Below, piece after piece: positions 60,767 to 64,000 of a stretch of 64,000 nt of DNA; position 1 is the first letter of the stretch; each line of letters begins with the position of its first letter. The notes beneath the pieces were generated by a model. It worked only from the letters and a program-made list of their open reading frames with translations, made no database searches and was not told the origin of the DNA. This stretch comes from Octopus sinensis. Taxonomy: Eukaryota. Position numbers and translations under genes: made by a program. The stretch covers positions 65,968,001 to 66,032,000 of the forward strand of contig NC_043010.1 of assembly GCF_006345805.1 (NCBI RefSeq). The letters are read 5' to 3'.

Positions 60767-61184
60767 ACACACATATATATATATACATGCAAACACATAC
60801 ATCTCACACAGACACATGTATCCACACATATACATTAGCAATGTATGCATATACATGGCCTACAATCTATATATATATATATACACACACACATATATAT
60901 ACATGCAAACGCATACATACATCTCACACAGACACATGTATCCACACATATACATTAGCAATGTATGCATATTAGGTACACACACACATACACACACATA
61001 CATACATACACACACAACACACACGTGGAATGGTGCATGTACATATGTAGAACATTACCCTGTTAATATATACCCATAGGCTGCTAAATATAATCCAAAC
61101 CTGACCCAGTAAATTCTGCTAAGATATTTAGTCTGACTGGCACAGACTTCTCCCCATCATCATCATCATCATCACCACCATCAC

Positions 61185-61234
<50 letters not shown>

Positions 61235-61431
61235 GGAACAAAGAGAGCAATCATTTAAACAAGCGGAAGTCAGAGATAGACATGGTAGGTTAATACACAC
61301 ACACACACACACAGAGAGTCACAGACACATATTAGTACATAATAGCATGCACAAACACAGACACAAACATATATACATGCAAACAGAAACACATGTGTAT
61401 ATGCACACATGTGTGTATACATAAATGTATG

Positions 61432-61462
<31 letters not shown>

Positions 61463-61507
61463 ACACTCATTTATACATACATATATATATACACAGATGT
61501 GTGTATA

Positions 61508-61538
<31 letters not shown>

Positions 61539-61928
61539 GTAGACATGTATATAATTTTATATATAAAAATATATATACATGTATGTATATTCATATGTAC
61601 AAATATATATCTATATATGTATATTCATATGTACAAATATATATGTATATATGTATATATATATGTGTGTGTATGTGTGTGTGTATATAATATATATATA
61701 TACATGCATGTATTTATACACACATGTACACGCAGACACATACACACATCAACAAACACATATGCATAAACAGACATGCATACATACACATACATGCATC
61801 TGGAGACACATACACGCACACACACAGCTACATACAAGCACACAAAATATCTACATATATACATACATACCTACATACATACATACACACATACATATAA
61901 CTACATACATAATTCCATGTGTACATTT

Positions 61929-61966
<38 letters not shown>

Positions 61967-62469
61967 AAAGCAGGGGAGGTGGAGGAGGAAGGTCTAACAG
62001 AGAGAATTGTGGTTCCTCTGTCCCAGCTTAAAGTAGTGTGGGTCTTTTATGAAGGAACTGGTTGGAGAGACAAGAATGAAGCAAATGTCAGTGGAAGGAG
62101 GAGGAGGAGGAGGAGGAGGAGGGGGAGGTTAAGACTTGCCAGGAGAGGGATGAGTGTAGGAGTATAGGAGAGTAGGGGGAGGGTTACTGCAGAAAGGAAG
62201 AGGTGGGGAAAGAGAGAGAGAGAGAAGAGAGAGAGAGAAAGAGAGAGAGAGAAAGAGAGAAAGAGAGAGAGAGAAAGAGAGAAAGAGGAGAGAGGGGGGG
62301 AGAGGGAGAGTGGTGAGTGAGAACTTAGTGTGGAAGCATGCAGACAATAACATCATGTTATTTTCAAAGAGCTAGACACATACAAGCAGCATGTGTAGAT
62401 GTTTTATATGGTCATACACATGTGTGCAGCGCATATATACATGTGTGTGTGGGTATATATATATGTGTG

Positions 62470-62537
<68 letters not shown>

Positions 62538-62636
62538 CTATATATTATATATTGTGTGTGGTATATATATATATATATATGTGTGTGTATATATATGTGT
62601 GTATATATACATATATATACACACATATATTATATA

Positions 62637-62684
<48 letters not shown>

Positions 62685-62845
62685 CATATACATATATATA
62701 TTTATATATATATATATATACACATGTATATATATATATACACATATATATATATATATACACATGTATATTATATACATGTATAATATATATATATACA
62801 CATGTATGTAATATATGTATGTATAAATATACACATACATATTGT

Positions 62846-62887
<42 letters not shown>

Positions 62888-63494
62888 GAACACAGTATAG
62901 TCATATAGATATATGTGTGTGTATATATATATATTACATATATGACACACAGACATATGTATGTATGTATGTATGTATATACACATATGTTGATATATAC
63001 ATATGTATATATTAGTACATAACATTACTAGTTATTAGTATAATAGATACATAAATACAAACATGGGTATGCACAATATTTATACATACATTTTACACAC
63101 ACACACACACACACGCACATGCACACAGACACAAAATTAAGGACATCTAATTATACGCATGATATATGCATAATTCCAGTTAATTGCATAAAATTGTCTA
63201 ATGATATTTTGTAAAAATACACTGGAACACAAAACACAACATTTCATTTTATGTTTAAAACAAAATGTGATTCTGGAAGCTTCTGTTTCCATAAGTTGAG
63301 AAGACAACAACCGATATGTCCATGTTTGCAGAAGGGCCAAACGCATTCTGGTTATTCTTACTATTTCAATGAATTCGACCCTCCTGAGAACACTCTTTAT
63401 TCTTTGATGCAAACTTCCTGCTTTAAGTTGATCTAAACTAAAATATGCCACTAAAATTTCATGTTTATTTAGGTTCCAAACACCAGTTTAAAAA

Positions 63495-63816
63495 TACCAG
63501 TGCCAGTGGCACATAAGAGAATCATCCGAACGTGGCCGTTCGCCAGCGCCGCCCTGACTGGCTTCCGTGCCGGTGGCACGTAAAAAGCACCATCCGATCG
63601 TGGCCGTTTGCCAGCCTCGTGCGGCACCTGTGCCGGTGGCACGTAAAAAGCACCCACTACACTCATGGAGTGGTTGGTGTTAGGAAGGTCCGTAGAAACA
63701 TTGCCAGATCAGACTGGGCCTGGTGCAGCCTTCTGGCTTCCCAGACACCAGTTGAACCGTCCAACCCATGCTAGCACGGAGAACGGACGTTAAACGAAGA
63801 TGATGATGATGATGAT
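63495..63816 (+). mobile_element. family D SINE with (GAT)n tail
   Basis: matches 29480-29860. Confidence 0.8.
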
Positions 63817-64000
63817 TTAACTAAATCCTTCATTTTTTACAAAATTTATTGAAACCACAGTATTTCAACAGAAATTATCATGATCATCATCATCGTTTAC
63901 AGTGGATGGTTTGACTGAGGACTGGCAAGCCAGATGGCTGCACCAGGCTCCAATCTGATCTGTCAGAGTTTCTACAGCTTGATGCCATTCCTAACGCCAA

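Noticed and set aside
60400-63130. Dozens of YI/HT/VC-rich ORFs
   Set aside because: (TA)n/(CA)n microsatellite translations.

Overview
This is eukaryotic, AT-rich DNA dense in microsatellites and SINEs. The SINE families resemble those of an octopus/cephalopod, which is an inference. (1) The 3' half of a spliced HECT E3 ligase gene, HECTD2-like, lies on the + strand. It has 13 coding exons (1835-22238) encoding about 502 aa ending ...SHTCFNQL...NAEGFGLE*, and one intron (11396-12839) is U12-type. (2) A minus-strand, apparently single-exon gene of unknown function (43040-41506) is split by a frame change near 42768. (3) An intact-looking tRNA-Gly(TCC) at 50393-50464 sits antisense inside the 3' UTR of a Tx1/L1-like LINE fragment. 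Both large copies of that LINE lie in (ATT)n tracts, and its tail matches the tail of a very abundant SINE here. (4) Many Penelope-type terminal fragments and foldbacks carry minimal type I hammerhead ribozyme motifs, including core variants UUGAAAA (C3U/G8A covariation) and CCGAUGA. The remainder is mariner, Helitron, piggyBac-like MITE, LINE and SINE debris, minisatellites and two local tandem duplications. Almost all ORFs in the supplied track are microsatellite artefacts. All family assignments are by eye, without database searches.
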